DNA of 64,000 bases from an uncultured Gammaproteobacteria bacterium. Its GTDB lineage: Bacteria; Patescibacteriota; Patescibacteriia; UBA9934. The notes beneath the pieces were generated by a model. The model made no database searches. It was not told the origin of the DNA and saw only the letters and a program-made list of their open reading frames with translations. The translations under genes were made by a program, and so were the position numbers. Of this stretch, positions 19,251 to 29,006 are shown piece after piece. The stretch is from positions 200,895 to 264,894 of the forward strand of contig CAZTKG010000001.1 of the NCBI GenBank assembly GCA_964613815.1, written 5' to 3'. Every line of letters starts with the position of its first letter. Position 1 is the stretch's first letter.

Positions 19251-21302
19251 CTACTCTCCTGTCTTTTTGATCGGTGGGAGGGGTGAGATCTCGCCGCTTG
19301 GCCTTGACTTGGCCGGCGCAGCATTGCTCGTTTCAGACCTTGGTCGGCGATCTTCTTCTGGCTTTCGGCGTCTTCGGCGGCGCTTTCTTGGCTGTCTGCC
19401 CGCAGATTCTGATGAAGTCTGTGGCGACTTTTGATCCTGCTCTGGTTTTTCTTCCTGTTTTAGCACCGCCTCTTTTGGCCTGGGTTTTTCTTGGTCAAAT
19501 TTAAGAGGAGTTGGTGCATCTACAGGCCTTGATTCTTGTTTTGCGACTGGCTTTGATGTGGGCACCTTTCGAGGCTCTTTGCGCTCTTCTTTCTTATCTG
19601 CTGGCGCTGCTAATGCGGAAAGTGAGATACTCTCCCCCACTTTTCGCTCGATCGGCTTGCTGTTTTCGATCTTTGGCTGTGGAGCTAGCGCTGGACGGTC
19701 CTGTCGAGGCGGTCGATCGTTTCGTGGTCGATCTTCTCGTGGTCGATCCTGCCGGCCCTGATCGCTGCGCGGAGGCTTTTGATCTCGCCCTCGATCGCGT
19801 CCGCCTCCGCCCTTTCGCCCCTTTTCTCGCTCTGCCTTGATTTTAGGCATGCAGTCTTCGCAGTAGATTGGCCTTGATCTGTCGAGTTCAACCGGGAGCT
19901 GGAAGTTCTTTTTGCATCCTGAACAGTCGTACGCGTGCCCAAAGCGCTGCTTCTTCATCTCCTTCTTCTTTGTTTTTGCCTTGGCGTATTCGTCGTCCAA
20001 GTCCACATCTTTTCCAAAACCACTCCAAATAGCGACCTTTTCTTCGATCTTGGCTCGCGGCGTCGTGTAACGCTCGCGTGACTGAGCAATGACCCGCTCT
20101 TCCGAGCCTGTCTTTTGTGCGATTGGTGGGAGCGTTGCTGCGGAGAACGGCTGCGATGTGACGCCATCGATCATTAATTTAAGATAAATGTTGAACTTTG
20201 GGAGGTTGATGATGTCCTCCGGTGTGAACCGTGGGAGGAATTCGTCTTCCATGAACTTTGCATCTGGACCACCCACGCGGAATGCAATCAGGGTCCCGAC
20301 GTTTCCAAATACTGCGTCTCGCACCTCTTCCGTGAGTTGTGCGATATACTGGTGCGCCATGACAAGGTTGAGTTTGTATTTTCGCGCCTCAGATAAGATT
20401 GATGCGAATGACTCAACAGCAAAGTTTTGAAACTCATCAACGTAGAGATAAAAGTCTGTTCTATCATCTTTTGCAGTGTCGACACGTTCCATCGCGGACA
20501 TCTGGATCTTGGTGATAAGCATTCCTCCAAGGAGGCGAGACGCGTCCTCTCCAAGTCGCCCCTTTGAAAGGTTTACGATGAAGATTTTTTCCTCGTCCAT
20601 GATCTTTCGAACGTTGATGGAGGAATTTGCTTGCGCGACAATGTTTCGAATAATTGCTGCGGACAAAAACTGACCGACCTTGTTTTGAATCGGCGCTACC
20701 GCCTCGGTGGCGAATTTTTGTTGGTAGGAGGCGAACTCTTTGACCCAGAATTGTTTGACAATTGGATCTGTGACATTTGAGACGATTTCTTTTCTATAGA
20801 CCTCGTCTGAAAGCATGCGGTTGATGCCGAGGAGGGTTGTTCCAGGGTTGTCGATAAGGGCAAGAATGGCGTTGTTGAGGATGTATTCCATTCGTGCAGA
20901 CCAGACGCCTTCCCAGATTTTTTTGAAGACACTCATCATGCCCGCTGCGACGAGATGCTTCATGTTGGCGTCGACGGATTCGAGAATGTTGAATCCGACT
21001 GGATGTTCCAGGTCGCCTGGATTGAAGTAGACGACGTCGTTGATACGCCAGGATGGGATGTAGTCGAGGAGGAGCTCTGCCGTGTCTCCGTGTGGGTCGA
21101 CGTATGCACAGCCGTGGCCGGCGTAAATATCGGACAGGATCATGTTCTCGAGGAGCGTCGTCTTTCCCATGCCGGTTTTTCCGATGACGTAGGTGTGACG
21201 GCGGCGATCATCTGTTTTAATGCCAAATTTCCGCAAGGAGTTGCGGAAGTTTGTTTTGGCAAAATAGATAATGTCGTCTTCGTGTTCGTGCGGATATTGC
21301 AT
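19251..21302 (-). CDS. VirD4/TraD/TrwB-like coupling-protein ATPase with C-terminal zinc ribbon and Arg/Asp-rich tail
   Basis: Walker A VIGKTGMGKTT, Walker B FYLYVDEFQNF, sensor region VMAHQYIAQL. C-terminal CSGCKK...CEDC zinc-ribbon-like and an RDRGRDQKPPRSDQGRQDRPREDRPRNDRPPRQDRP low-complexity tail. Confidence 0.7.
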   Translation of the reverse strand: MQYPHEHEDDIIYFAKTNFRNSLRKFGIKTDDRRRHTYVIGKTGMGKTTLLENMILSDIYAGHGCAYVDPHGDTAELLLDYIPSWRINDVVYFNPGDLEHPVGFNILESVDANMKHLVAAGMMSVFKKIWEGVWSARMEYILNNAILALIDNPGTTLLGINRMLSDEVYRKEIVSNVTDPIVKQFWVKEFASYQQKFATEAVAPIQNKVGQFLSAAIIRNIVAQANSSINVRKIMDEEKIFIVNLSKGRLGEDASRLLGGMLITKIQMSAMERVDTAKDDRTDFYLYVDEFQNFAVESFASILSEARKYKLNLVMAHQYIAQLTEEVRDAVFGNVGTLIAFRVGGPDAKFMEDEFLPRFTPEDIINLPKFNIYLKLMIDGVTSQPFSAATLPPIAQKTGSEERVIAQSRERYTTPRAKIEEKVAIWSGFGKDVDLDDEYAKAKTKKKEMKKQRFGHAYDCSGCKKNFQLPVELDRSRPIYCEDCMPKIKAEREKGRKGGGGRDRGRDQKPPRSDQGRQDRPREDRPRNDRPPRQDRPALAPQPKIENSKPIERKVGESISLSALAAPADKKEERKEPRKVPTSKPVAKQESRPVDAPTPLKFDQEKPRPKEAVLKQEEKPEQDQKSPQTSSESAGRQPRKRRRRRRKPEEDRRPRSETSNAAPAKSRPSGEISPLPPIKKTGE

Positions 21303-21308
21303 AGGCGT

Positions 21309-22898
21309 CTACATTGGCAGATTTGTTGGCGTAGCTTGATCACGGTCAACTGGCTCGTCGCTAATGTCGAGTCCCGGAGGGAGCGGAGCTGGCATCCCTA
21401 CTTTTGGCATCCCTACGTGATCCTGCCTTGACTCTGGTGATTTCTTCTGGGCCTCCGCAATATCTTCCGTTTTGACCTCTTCTTGTTCTGAAGGACCTGT
21501 GGGCGCAGAAGGTGTTGGGACTGTCAGAGGACCTGATCTTACTCTTCTTTGCTTTTGCTTCGGCGCATCTGTTGGTGCCGCGTCTACATTTGGTAGCGTT
21601 GGAACGTCTTCCCCAGCGAAATCGAGATCCACAGGTGGCTCTGCGCGTCTTGCGCCAGTGACACGTAGGACAGGTGTTCGCGCGTCTGCTGCTGGGAAGT
21701 GGAACATGGTTGCAAGCTCTTCGCATGTGAGGATGTATGGCGTACAACCTGGACTGAATGAACGGCTCTGATAGCGCTTTGAGATCGTGCGCTGACGACC
21801 CGGCATCTGCCACTGCATCCAGAAGTAATCGTCTTTTGTGGTTGCTGGAACGTGGATGCCGAAGTTGTTCCAGCCCATGTGACGGTATTGGTGGAAGTAG
21901 CCTTTTGTCATGGCGGCGATCGTCCCTTTTCTGAATTGATCTTTGCGCGCCCAGTAGACAAACCGAACTTTTGACTTCCATCCGAGGGTTTCTAGCTTCT
22001 TTTGGATGCCATCGATCTCCGTCCGTTCTTCTGGCGTGATCTTGAACATTTTGAAATTGTCCTCTTCCGCACCACCCTCGCTTCCCGGCAGCTTAATACC
22101 AAGTGTATCTTCTAGAATCCCACTGACTAACCAGCCTATTGTTTTCTGATAAAATGACTTCTTTTTCTGCTTTGCCTTTCCATATAAGTCGTCGATTCTT
22201 TCGGCCCCCTTGTCCCGCCAATGCTGCTCGTTTGGCTGCATTATGATGAGCTGCATCCAATAGTGCTCGTGGGACTTCATGCGCCCCATTAACTCGAAGA
22301 GCGTGAGCATTGGGTCCTTGAATCGGCCGTCTTTCTCGCCTTGATGCTCGAACATCTCGTACGTCTTGATTGGGAGATAACTAGGCTTTCGAAGCACCAT
22401 CTCTGATCCGAAAAGATCGTATTCCTCTTGTGGCCATTCGGTTGGGATCTTTTTGGTGTAGTCTTCTACTTCTAGGAACTGTGCCTCTGGGTACTGTGCG
22501 TAGAACGCCCCTTGAATGAGGTCAATGTATTTCTGATCAGTTCGAACGTAAAAGCGGATATCTCCTCCGCTACCAGCGATTTCAAATGAAAATATTGCTT
22601 GAAATTTTCCATAGAAATTTGCCTCTTTCCAGGTGATGGATGACTTACTTCCAGCAATTTGCTTGAAGAAGTTTACCATTCCCATTGGGGACTGCATGGA
22701 ATCTGGCGGGACGTGGATTTCGTAGAGATGCCACTTGCGCTTCATGGCAAACTGATCCTGCTTTCTGCCGACCCAGACCATCCAGAACCCCTTGAGCATG
22801 ACCCAAAAAATCCCGACTGGGCCTAGGATGAAAAGCATGTATGCCAATATGACTTCTACTGGCGTGGAGATGAAGTAGCTCTTGATGAGTTCAAACAC
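21309..22898 (-). CDS. Hypothetical membrane protein, predicted partner of the VirD4-like ATPase
   Basis: 529 aa; two N-terminal TM helices, large soluble domain, Pro-rich C-terminus. Stop 6 nt before the ATPase start on the same strand. Confidence 0.55.
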   Translation of the reverse strand: MFELIKSYFISTPVEVILAYMLFILGPVGIFWVMLKGFWMVWVGRKQDQFAMKRKWHLYEIHVPPDSMQSPMGMVNFFKQIAGSKSSITWKEANFYGKFQAIFSFEIAGSGGDIRFYVRTDQKYIDLIQGAFYAQYPEAQFLEVEDYTKKIPTEWPQEEYDLFGSEMVLRKPSYLPIKTYEMFEHQGEKDGRFKDPMLTLFELMGRMKSHEHYWMQLIIMQPNEQHWRDKGAERIDDLYGKAKQKKKSFYQKTIGWLVSGILEDTLGIKLPGSEGGAEEDNFKMFKITPEERTEIDGIQKKLETLGWKSKVRFVYWARKDQFRKGTIAAMTKGYFHQYRHMGWNNFGIHVPATTKDDYFWMQWQMPGRQRTISKRYQSRSFSPGCTPYILTCEELATMFHFPAADARTPVLRVTGARRAEPPVDLDFAGEDVPTLPNVDAAPTDAPKQKQRRVRSGPLTVPTPSAPTGPSEQEEVKTEDIAEAQKKSPESRQDHVGMPKVGMPAPLPPGLDISDEPVDRDQATPTNLPM

Positions 22899-22941
22899 AA
22901 AAGGCGCTTGGTTACTTGCGCCTTATTATATCACAGCTTGG

Positions 22942-23844
22942 TTACGATGATTTCTTCGACGACTTCTTCTCCCACCAAACAAGGAGTGGACTTGCAAGAA
23001 ATAGAGAAGAGTATGCTCCGGAGAGGATCCCGATTATCAGCGCAAGAATGAATGATCGCGTTGTTTCTCCGCCGAAGAGGAAGATCGCGACCAGTACGAG
23101 TAAGGTTGTTACCGAGGTATTGATTGATCGAGCGAAGCTTTGCACCACTGACCTGTTTACAATATCTGCGAATGAGATATCTCGGTAACGATTGCCGATG
23201 AGGTTTTCTCGGGTTCTGTCGAATACTACGATCGTGTCGTTGATGGAGTACCCCATGATCGTGAGCAGCGCCGCGACGAATGCCGTGTCAACCTGGAAGC
23301 CGTAGAGGTGACCTAGGACAGCGAATGCGCCGATTGGGATAATGACATCGTGCACCGCTGCGACAATCGTGAGCAGCCCGTACTTCCATGAAGCGACTGG
23401 CTTTGAGACTTTTCGAAAAGCCCATGCTACGTAGAGGACGATTAAAATGAGGAGGAGGGCTACCGCAGAGATCGATGACTGGCGTAGCTCTTCGCCGATG
23501 ACTGGACCTACTGATTCGTATCGGAGTTCGTCAACTGCGCCAAATGAGGACTCTAGGGCGGCCAGGACATTGTCGTGGTCGTCTTGTGTGATGTTGCCGA
23601 ACCTTAGAATCGCCTCTGTTTCGCCAGATGCCTGCACGGTTGCCGGATAGCCGATGTTTTCTACTGTTGATCGGATCGTTGTGATGTCTACTTCGGATTC
23701 GAATGCGACCTCTAGAATACTTCCGCCCGTGAAGTCGATCCCCATGTTTAGGCCGAATGTTGCGATCGAGAAAATCGATAGCACGATGAGAGCAACCGAT
23801 ATGGTCAGCCAGGTTTTTGTGTTTTTGATTACCGCGATTGCCAT
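22942..23844 (-). CDS. secF: Protein translocase subunit SecF
   Basis: 300 aa, 6 TM, conserved SecF C-terminal half (IGYSINDTIVVFDRTREN); directly downstream of secD. Confidence 0.85.
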   Translation of the reverse strand: MAIAVIKNTKTWLTISVALIVLSIFSIATFGLNMGIDFTGGSILEVAFESEVDITTIRSTVENIGYPATVQASGETEAILRFGNITQDDHDNVLAALESSFGAVDELRYESVGPVIGEELRQSSISAVALLLILIVLYVAWAFRKVSKPVASWKYGLLTIVAAVHDVIIPIGAFAVLGHLYGFQVDTAFVAALLTIMGYSINDTIVVFDRTRENLIGNRYRDISFADIVNRSVVQSFARSINTSVTTLLVLVAIFLFGGETTRSFILALIIGILSGAYSSLFLASPLLVWWEKKSSKKSS

Positions 23845-23845
23845 A

Positions 23846-25870
23846 TTATGATGATTTCTTTTGGGACTCGCTCACTCCGTATAGCCACGTGGACTTCCCT
23901 ACCTTGAATGAACTTGTCCATTTTAAGAATACGCGCGTTACCAGGATCGCAGTGAGCATTGAGATAATAATTCCTACTGCCAGCGTTAGTGCGAAACCTT
24001 TAACAAAACTTGTTGCCATTGAAAAGAGAACGATGGAGGCGATAAGGGTTGTGAGGTTTCCGTCACGAATTGATGTCCATGCTCGGCGGAAGCCTTCGTC
24101 GATCGCTGTTGGGAGGTCTCTCCCGCTCTTTAACTCCTCTTTTAGACGCTCGAAGATCAGGACGTTGGCGTCAACCGCCATTCCAATGGAGAGAATGAAC
24201 CCTGCGATTCCTGCGAGGGTTATCGTGACACCTAGCCATTTGTAGAGTGTGAGGTTGATCGCGCTATATACGAAGAGTGCCATTACTGCCAGAAGACCGC
24301 AGAGTCTGTAGTAAGCGACCATAAAAATCGCGACGAGAGCGAAGCCAATCATCGCTGCCTTTAGGGACCGTTCTAGCGATGTTGCACCAAGGGTTGGGCC
24401 TACTGTTTGCTGACTGACGAGGTCGATAGCTACCGGCAGCGCACCTGCGTTTAGGCGCATTGCGAGTAATTTCGACTCTTCTAGCGTGAAGTTTCCGGAG
24501 ATCGTTGCTTGGCCGCCGTAGATTGCCTCTTGGACGACAGGGATCGAGATCGGCTCTCCGTCTAGGAAGATAGCAATAACTTCCCCAACGCGTGATTCTG
24601 TGAGTTGCTGGAACAGCTCTCCACCCTCCGCATTGAAGTCCATGACAACATATGGAAGACCTGTGTTTGGGTCAAAAGCTACTGATGCTTGATTGATGTG
24701 TTCTCCTGATAGCTCTGTGTTTTCCCAAGCTGCGTCGCCGCCGATAAGGTCGAGAATGGTCGTCCACGGCATTTCGATATGGGCGATATTGTAGGTATAG
24801 ATCGGGCTGGATGATTGACGGTAGATGATGTGATAACCGAAGTCTGTTTCGATTACGCCTGAGATTGATCCGTCTGAGATGGCAAATAATGCATCCTCGA
24901 AGTCTTGGACCATTTGACCTCTCTGAACAAGACCTAAGCTTCCTCCATCTTCTGCACTTGGGCCGTCTGATTTTTCTGTTGCGGTTGCGGCGAAATTTGC
25001 TACTGACACGTCACGCGCGATTTCTTCCGCGAGGAGCTGAGCCTCTACTTTTGAACGGTCGTTGTCGCAGCGCAATGACTCTGCGTGACACACGAGGATA
25101 TGCGAAGCCTCGATTGCAGCATCCTCGACTCGCTCCGTGTAGTTCACGATGTGCATTGAAGAGCCTGACTCATAGAGACCGTTAATGACTCCCGGCTGGA
25201 TGTTTTCTGTCGTGATTTGATTGATGAGCTCTCCGAAAATCGGGCCAGCGTTGTCTAGGTTTTCGATGATACCACCCTCTAATGAGGTTGATCTATCGAT
25301 TGAAAATTCATCTACCAGTGAAGAGAAGTCTTCTCCTGCTAGCGCTCTGTCTAGAACCGCAAGAGCCGATGCTTCTTCTGTGATGTTTGCTGTGTCGATG
25401 ATTGATTGCTGATCCTCTGTAGCGAGTACCTCAGTCTCTCTTGGAATTTTGAATTCAAGGATTGGGGTTTCGCCTATTTGAGCGATTGCCTCTGAGACGT
25501 CGAAAATACCTGCTAGCTCGATGATGATGCGATAATTACCGCCGCCGAGCTGGGTCTGGACGAGCGGTTCTGCGACACCAAATGCGTCTACGCGGCGTTC
25601 GATGACGTCTCGGACACCTTCTAGCGCGCTCTCTCGTTCGCCCTCGTCGATCGCAGACATGTCCGCGTCGTAAACGAGATGAGCTCCGCCCTGGAGATCG
25701 AGTCCGAGCTTGAATTCCTCCTCGTTCAGCGTAACTGCCGGGATGCCGATCGCGTTAAAGAACGTGTTCCACGTCTTTGGGAATGCGATAGATGCAGTAA
25801 ATAAGAACAGCAAAACGATTGCTGCAACGCCTAAGTTTAGGTTTCTTTTTGAAGATTGTTTTTTTGCCAT
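23846..25870 (-). CDS. secD: Protein translocase subunit SecD with an inserted PpiC/parvulin-type PPIase domain
   Basis: SecD P1-head start (LGLDLQGGAHLVY) and C-terminal TM bundle (IDEGFRRAWTSIRDGNLTTLI...). A parvulin-like segment (ASHILVCHAES...GGSLGLVQRGQMVQDFEDALF...FGYHIIY) is embedded in the periplasmic region. Start moved to the internal ATG 25870 (MAKKQSSKRN...); the 73-aa upstream extension looks non-coding. Confidence 0.8.
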   Translation of the reverse strand: MAKKQSSKRNLNLGVAAIVLLFLFTASIAFPKTWNTFFNAIGIPAVTLNEEEFKLGLDLQGGAHLVYDADMSAIDEGERESALEGVRDVIERRVDAFGVAEPLVQTQLGGGNYRIIIELAGIFDVSEAIAQIGETPILEFKIPRETEVLATEDQQSIIDTANITEEASALAVLDRALAGEDFSSLVDEFSIDRSTSLEGGIIENLDNAGPIFGELINQITTENIQPGVINGLYESGSSMHIVNYTERVEDAAIEASHILVCHAESLRCDNDRSKVEAQLLAEEIARDVSVANFAATATEKSDGPSAEDGGSLGLVQRGQMVQDFEDALFAISDGSISGVIETDFGYHIIYRQSSSPIYTYNIAHIEMPWTTILDLIGGDAAWENTELSGEHINQASVAFDPNTGLPYVVMDFNAEGGELFQQLTESRVGEVIAIFLDGEPISIPVVQEAIYGGQATISGNFTLEESKLLAMRLNAGALPVAIDLVSQQTVGPTLGATSLERSLKAAMIGFALVAIFMVAYYRLCGLLAVMALFVYSAINLTLYKWLGVTITLAGIAGFILSIGMAVDANVLIFERLKEELKSGRDLPTAIDEGFRRAWTSIRDGNLTTLIASIVLFSMATSFVKGFALTLAVGIIISMLTAILVTRVFLKWTSSFKVGKSTWLYGVSESQKKSS

Positions 25871-25935
25871 ACAAAAGTGGGGGTATTTTAACAGAATGAT
25901 GGCGTGTGGCAAGGGTTTGTGTGGGTTTTTGAAAA

Positions 25936-25965
25936 AAAGGCTCCCAGGATGGTTACTGGGAGTTG
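25936..25965 (-). terminator. Rho-independent terminator of the 25953..26645 gene
   Basis: On the minus strand ctcccagtaaccatcctgggag followed by cctttttttc. Confidence 0.5.
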
Positions 25966-26645
25966 ATGCGGAACTGGAGTGGATAGGTGACCGTGAGCTC
26001 GTAGGGGTCGAATGTGGGTGAGGTACGTCGAGCCTCACGAACCGCCTTATCCCTGCTTTTTTCGATGTGCGCCCGGGTGTTTTCCGCATTTGCTCCTTCG
26101 AGTAGGAGTGCGTATTTTCTATTCACCCTCTGCACCTCACTTTGACGCTCCCTCCAGACTTGTTCGTCGACCTCTTCTTGATGATCGTCCATCCGAGGGA
26201 AGTGAATCGACTCAAAGACGTCCGCCATACATTCCGTTGCGTCACCCGCCCTGATGTCGGAGCCATACACCCAAGCGACTCGGACACCTCCCCCTTGAGT
26301 TACGACGAAGCGGATCGCTACCGTTGTCACCGTTTTACGTTCGGACTCAGGGTGCATCTCGAAACAGTCGAGAAGTTCCGGCATGCGCGTGATGACGTAA
26401 ACGCTGATGTTTGAGAGCTCTCGCTGCGTTTCCGTATATGGAAACGAAGCTGAAACGATTCCGATCTCTGCAAAGAGAGACCCGACCTCTCCCCAATCGC
26501 GCGTGTAGGATTCGCCTGTTGGGTCGATGAGCTCTTGCGCTGACTTCTCCGGCAGGGACATCCATTTCGCCATCCCCTTTTCTGATGACGTACCTTGAGA
26601 TGCTGCCGCGCTGATGATGAACCAAAAAAGAACAAGAAGATTCAC
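25953..26645 (-). CDS. Hypothetical secreted protein
   Basis: 230 aa with signal peptide MNLLVLFWFIISAAAS. No recognisable domain. Confidence 0.45.
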   Translation of the reverse strand: MNLLVLFWFIISAAASQGTSSEKGMAKWMSLPEKSAQELIDPTGESYTRDWGEVGSLFAEIGIVSASFPYTETQRELSNISVYVITRMPELLDCFEMHPESERKTVTTVAIRFVVTQGGGVRVAWVYGSDIRAGDATECMADVFESIHFPRMDDHQEEVDEQVWRERQSEVQRVNRKYALLLEGANAENTRAHIEKSRDKAVREARRTSPTFDPYELTVTYPLQFRINSQ

Positions 26646-26665
26646 TGTCCCTCCGTTTTGTGCTG

Positions 26666-27004
26666 TTAGTGAAGCTTTCCGCCGAGCGGGACGTCCTTGT
26701 CTGTGGAGACGAGGATGCAGTCGCCGTTCGTATCGGCAAATCCGAGCGTGAGGACTTCAGACTTGTGTTTGCCGATTTGGCGGGGCTCAAAGTTTACTAC
26801 GCCGAGGACGAGTTTTCCAATGAGCTCTTCGGCGGCGTAGTTTGGCTTGAGTCGAGCTAATGACTTTTTCTTGCCGAGATCTGGGCCGAAGTCGATGATT
26901 AGGATGTGTGTTGAGAAGCGGCCTTCTGGGAAGTCTGTTGATTCGAGGACTTTGCCGATACGGATGTCGACCGCCTCGAATTGGTCGAATGTGATTGTTT
27001 GCAT
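26666..27004 (-). CDS. tRNA-binding domain protein (CsaA/Trbp111-like, MetRS C-terminal-domain fold)
   Basis: 112 aa; FEAVDIRIGKVLES...LVLGVVNFEPRQIGKHKSEVLTLG matches the OB-fold tRNA-binding domain family. Confidence 0.75.
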   Translation of the reverse strand: MQTITFDQFEAVDIRIGKVLESTDFPEGRFSTHILIIDFGPDLGKKKSLARLKPNYAAEELIGKLVLGVVNFEPRQIGKHKSEVLTLGFADTNGDCILVSTDKDVPLGGKLH

Positions 27005-27028
27005 ATGCGTGTTGATGCCCTGCAGCCA

Positions 27029-27139
27029 CCCTGAGGATAGAGAGACCTTGCTCTCTGACGGAAGGATCTCTTGGCATGGCAGTGCCGCGCGGTGGGGGAT
27101 CCTTCCGTCGGGGGCGATATTCCCCCTCCTCAGGATGGG
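27029..27139. repeat. Family-2 nested-stem repeat, copy 2
   Basis: CCCTGAGGATAGAGAG...CTGACGGAAGGATC, loop, GGGATCCTTCCGTCGG...CCCCCTCCTCAGGATGGG. Confidence 0.75.
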
Positions 27140-27165
27140 AGCTGATAAGGGAAGGTGAGGTGGTA

Positions 27166-27621
27166 TTAAGTGATGTTTGGCTTGATGAACGGCCGCGTGA
27201 GATCGATGTCTCTTTGGAGCATCGAGTGGAGGGGATCTGGAAGCTCATCAAACGGAAACCAGCCCAGTTCTTCGATTTTGTGCGGCTCGCCGTTCGTGAC
27301 ATCTGCTGGGTCGATCTCTACGGCGTGCGTGAGGGCTATCCAGTGGGTTTGCTGGTCTTGATGGTTGCGCAGGACGTTGTTTGCGCCGGCGAAGACGACG
27401 TTTTTTGGCGTTGCACCGTATTCTTCTTTGATTTCACGATGGAGCGCTTCTTCGAAGGTTTCGCCGTGCTCCAATCTGCCCCCGCCGCAGTCCCATTTGC
27501 CGATTTCGTCTCGGCAGTTTGCGGAGCGTTTGTGCATGAGGACGTTGCCTTGGCCGTCGTGGCACATAAATACGACGGTGACGCCGATGTGGTCTATTCC
27601 TACTTTCATATCATGCATCAA
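27166..27621 (-). CDS. NUDIX hydrolase
   Basis: Nudix box GGGRLEHGETFEEALHREIKEEYG. Confidence 0.8.
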   Translation of the reverse strand: MMHDMKVGIDHIGVTVVFMCHDGQGNVLMHKRSANCRDEIGKWDCGGGRLEHGETFEEALHREIKEEYGATPKNVVFAGANNVLRNHQDQQTHWIALTHAVEIDPADVTNGEPHKIEELGWFPFDELPDPLHSMLQRDIDLTRPFIKPNIT

Positions 27622-28183
27622 ATGTGATTCTCTTCATTTCTCGCCACTTAATCCCCTCGTCTTCGTAGATATCGCCTGCATGGCCCTGATATGTGTCAGA
27701 TGCCTTATATCCGAGCATTTCTACACCTTTCATAACCTCTTGTTCTGACGCTCCCTCGATTTCGATGAATGGAGCTAACATTGGCCATTCGTCAAGATCA
27801 AATTGCAGGCTACCTAACTCGTAGCGTGTTCTTTTGGTTTCTTGGTAGGACTTTTGCTCAAGACCTATAGAAATGAGGAAAGTGATAGCTTTTTCTGCGT
27901 TTTCTACAGTGAGTTCTACCTCTTCACAGGTTGCAATTTGGTCTTTTGATGGGATTTGGTGGCATTTGTAGGCCATTTGTATGGTGCCATCGCCAATGTC
28001 TCGCACACGGACCCAGGCGCGAGATGACTCTAGAGGGCGGCCTGGGAAGTCGAAAGTCCAGCGCTTTTGAAGGACTTCTGGGGTCTTTTTTGCGCCAAGA
28101 TCAGTCAATTTCTGGTCTATTTTGGCCTTATCTATGTTGAGAACGCGGGTTTCGAATTCTTGCATATGTGGAGATTTTAGCAC
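27611..28183 (-). CDS. CYTH-domain protein (class IV adenylyl cyclase / triphosphatase-like)
   Basis: 190 aa; N-terminal EFETRVLNID resembles the CYTH ExExK motif. Overlaps the NUDIX gene by 11 nt. Confidence 0.5.
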   Translation of the reverse strand: MLKSPHMQEFETRVLNIDKAKIDQKLTDLGAKKTPEVLQKRWTFDFPGRPLESSRAWVRVRDIGDGTIQMAYKCHQIPSKDQIATCEEVELTVENAEKAITFLISIGLEQKSYQETKRTRYELGSLQFDLDEWPMLAPFIEIEGASEQEVMKGVEMLGYKASDTYQGHAGDIYEDEGIKWREMKRITFDA

Positions 28184-28185
28184 AT

Positions 28186-28220
28186 CACCCCACCTCGACC
28201 ACGGTGGAGATGGGGTGAAA
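28186..28220. repeat. Family-1-related solo hairpin
   Basis: caccccacctcgaccacggtggagatggggtg (variant of cccatctcgacc...ggagagat) forming its own hairpin. Confidence 0.4.
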
Positions 28221-28333
28221 ATACGTCATGATTACGCTTTTGACCTCTCCTTCTTGACAAAATTACTATTTTGTGATATCTTTGTATGTTCCCAAGTACC
28301 TTCCCTGAACTGCGACTGCCCATAGGAGGCAAT

Positions 28334-28624
28334 ATGTTCGCTATCTTCGCCCGCGTCTCGGCCCCGGCCAAGACCCTCGAGCGCGCCAATGCGCTCGTCA
28401 ACTCCGACGCCGCTGACGAGACCGCAAAAGCGCGTTTGAGCCCGCAAAAGCGTGCGGATCTGTGGCTCATGGCCGCGTTATACGCCTTCGCTTCCGTGCT
28501 CTTCTCGCACCCGTTCGCGGGCGCGAACGTCGCTGGCCCGATCGGCGCCCTGCTGATTCTTCCGTTCGTTGAGCACTGCCTGAAGTGCTGGTGGCGGGTC
28601 GACTACACGCCCACTACGAGCTGA
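28334..28624 (+). CDS. Hypothetical small membrane-associated protein
   Basis: Start chosen at the ATG preceded by AGGAGGcaat (MFAIFARVSAPAK...); the ORF-track start is 28286. Hydrophobic C-terminal half. Confidence 0.4.
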   Translation: MFAIFARVSAPAKTLERANALVNSDAADETAKARLSPQKRADLWLMAALYAFASVLFSHPFAGANVAGPIGALLILPFVEHCLKCWWRVDYTPTTS

Positions 28625-28647
28625 TCCTAGCATCAGCTCGTGGCCGC

Positions 28648-28680
28648 TCACCCCCAGAAATGGGGGTGATTCTTTTTCTC
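28648..28680 (+). terminator. Rho-independent terminator
   Basis: cacccccagaaatgggggtg stem-loop followed by attctttttctc. Confidence 0.5.
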
Positions 28681-28784
28681 TTGTTCATGTAGACTTGACA
28701 GAATCTCTTTGCTGTGGTAGTCTACGTTGTCGGCCTGGGAAACCTCCCGGCCACAACCTGAGTCCTTGCGGCTCAAGGAGAATA

Positions 28785-28868
28785 CATGGGCACGATGATC
28801 AACGACGGCGACAACTACGGCGCCATCTGGAACACCTCCCGCACCCGACCCAGCGTCACGCGACGCTG
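28785..28868 (+). CDS. Possible 27-aa peptide (MGTMINDGDNYGAIWNTSRTRPSVTRR)
   Basis: AAGGAG Shine-Dalgarno 6 nt upstream of the ATG; precedes two small membrane-protein genes. Speculative. Confidence 0.2.
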
Positions 28869-29006
28869 ACCCCCTACGAGGTCATCCTCGCTCTACCCTG
28901 CTCGGCGTTTGGCCCTCTGCGCCTACGCCGAGTGAATTATTTTCTACGACATTTCAGTGCATAGATGTAGCGTCGTTTGACGGATCATCTGTTCATTGGA
29001 GGTAAA

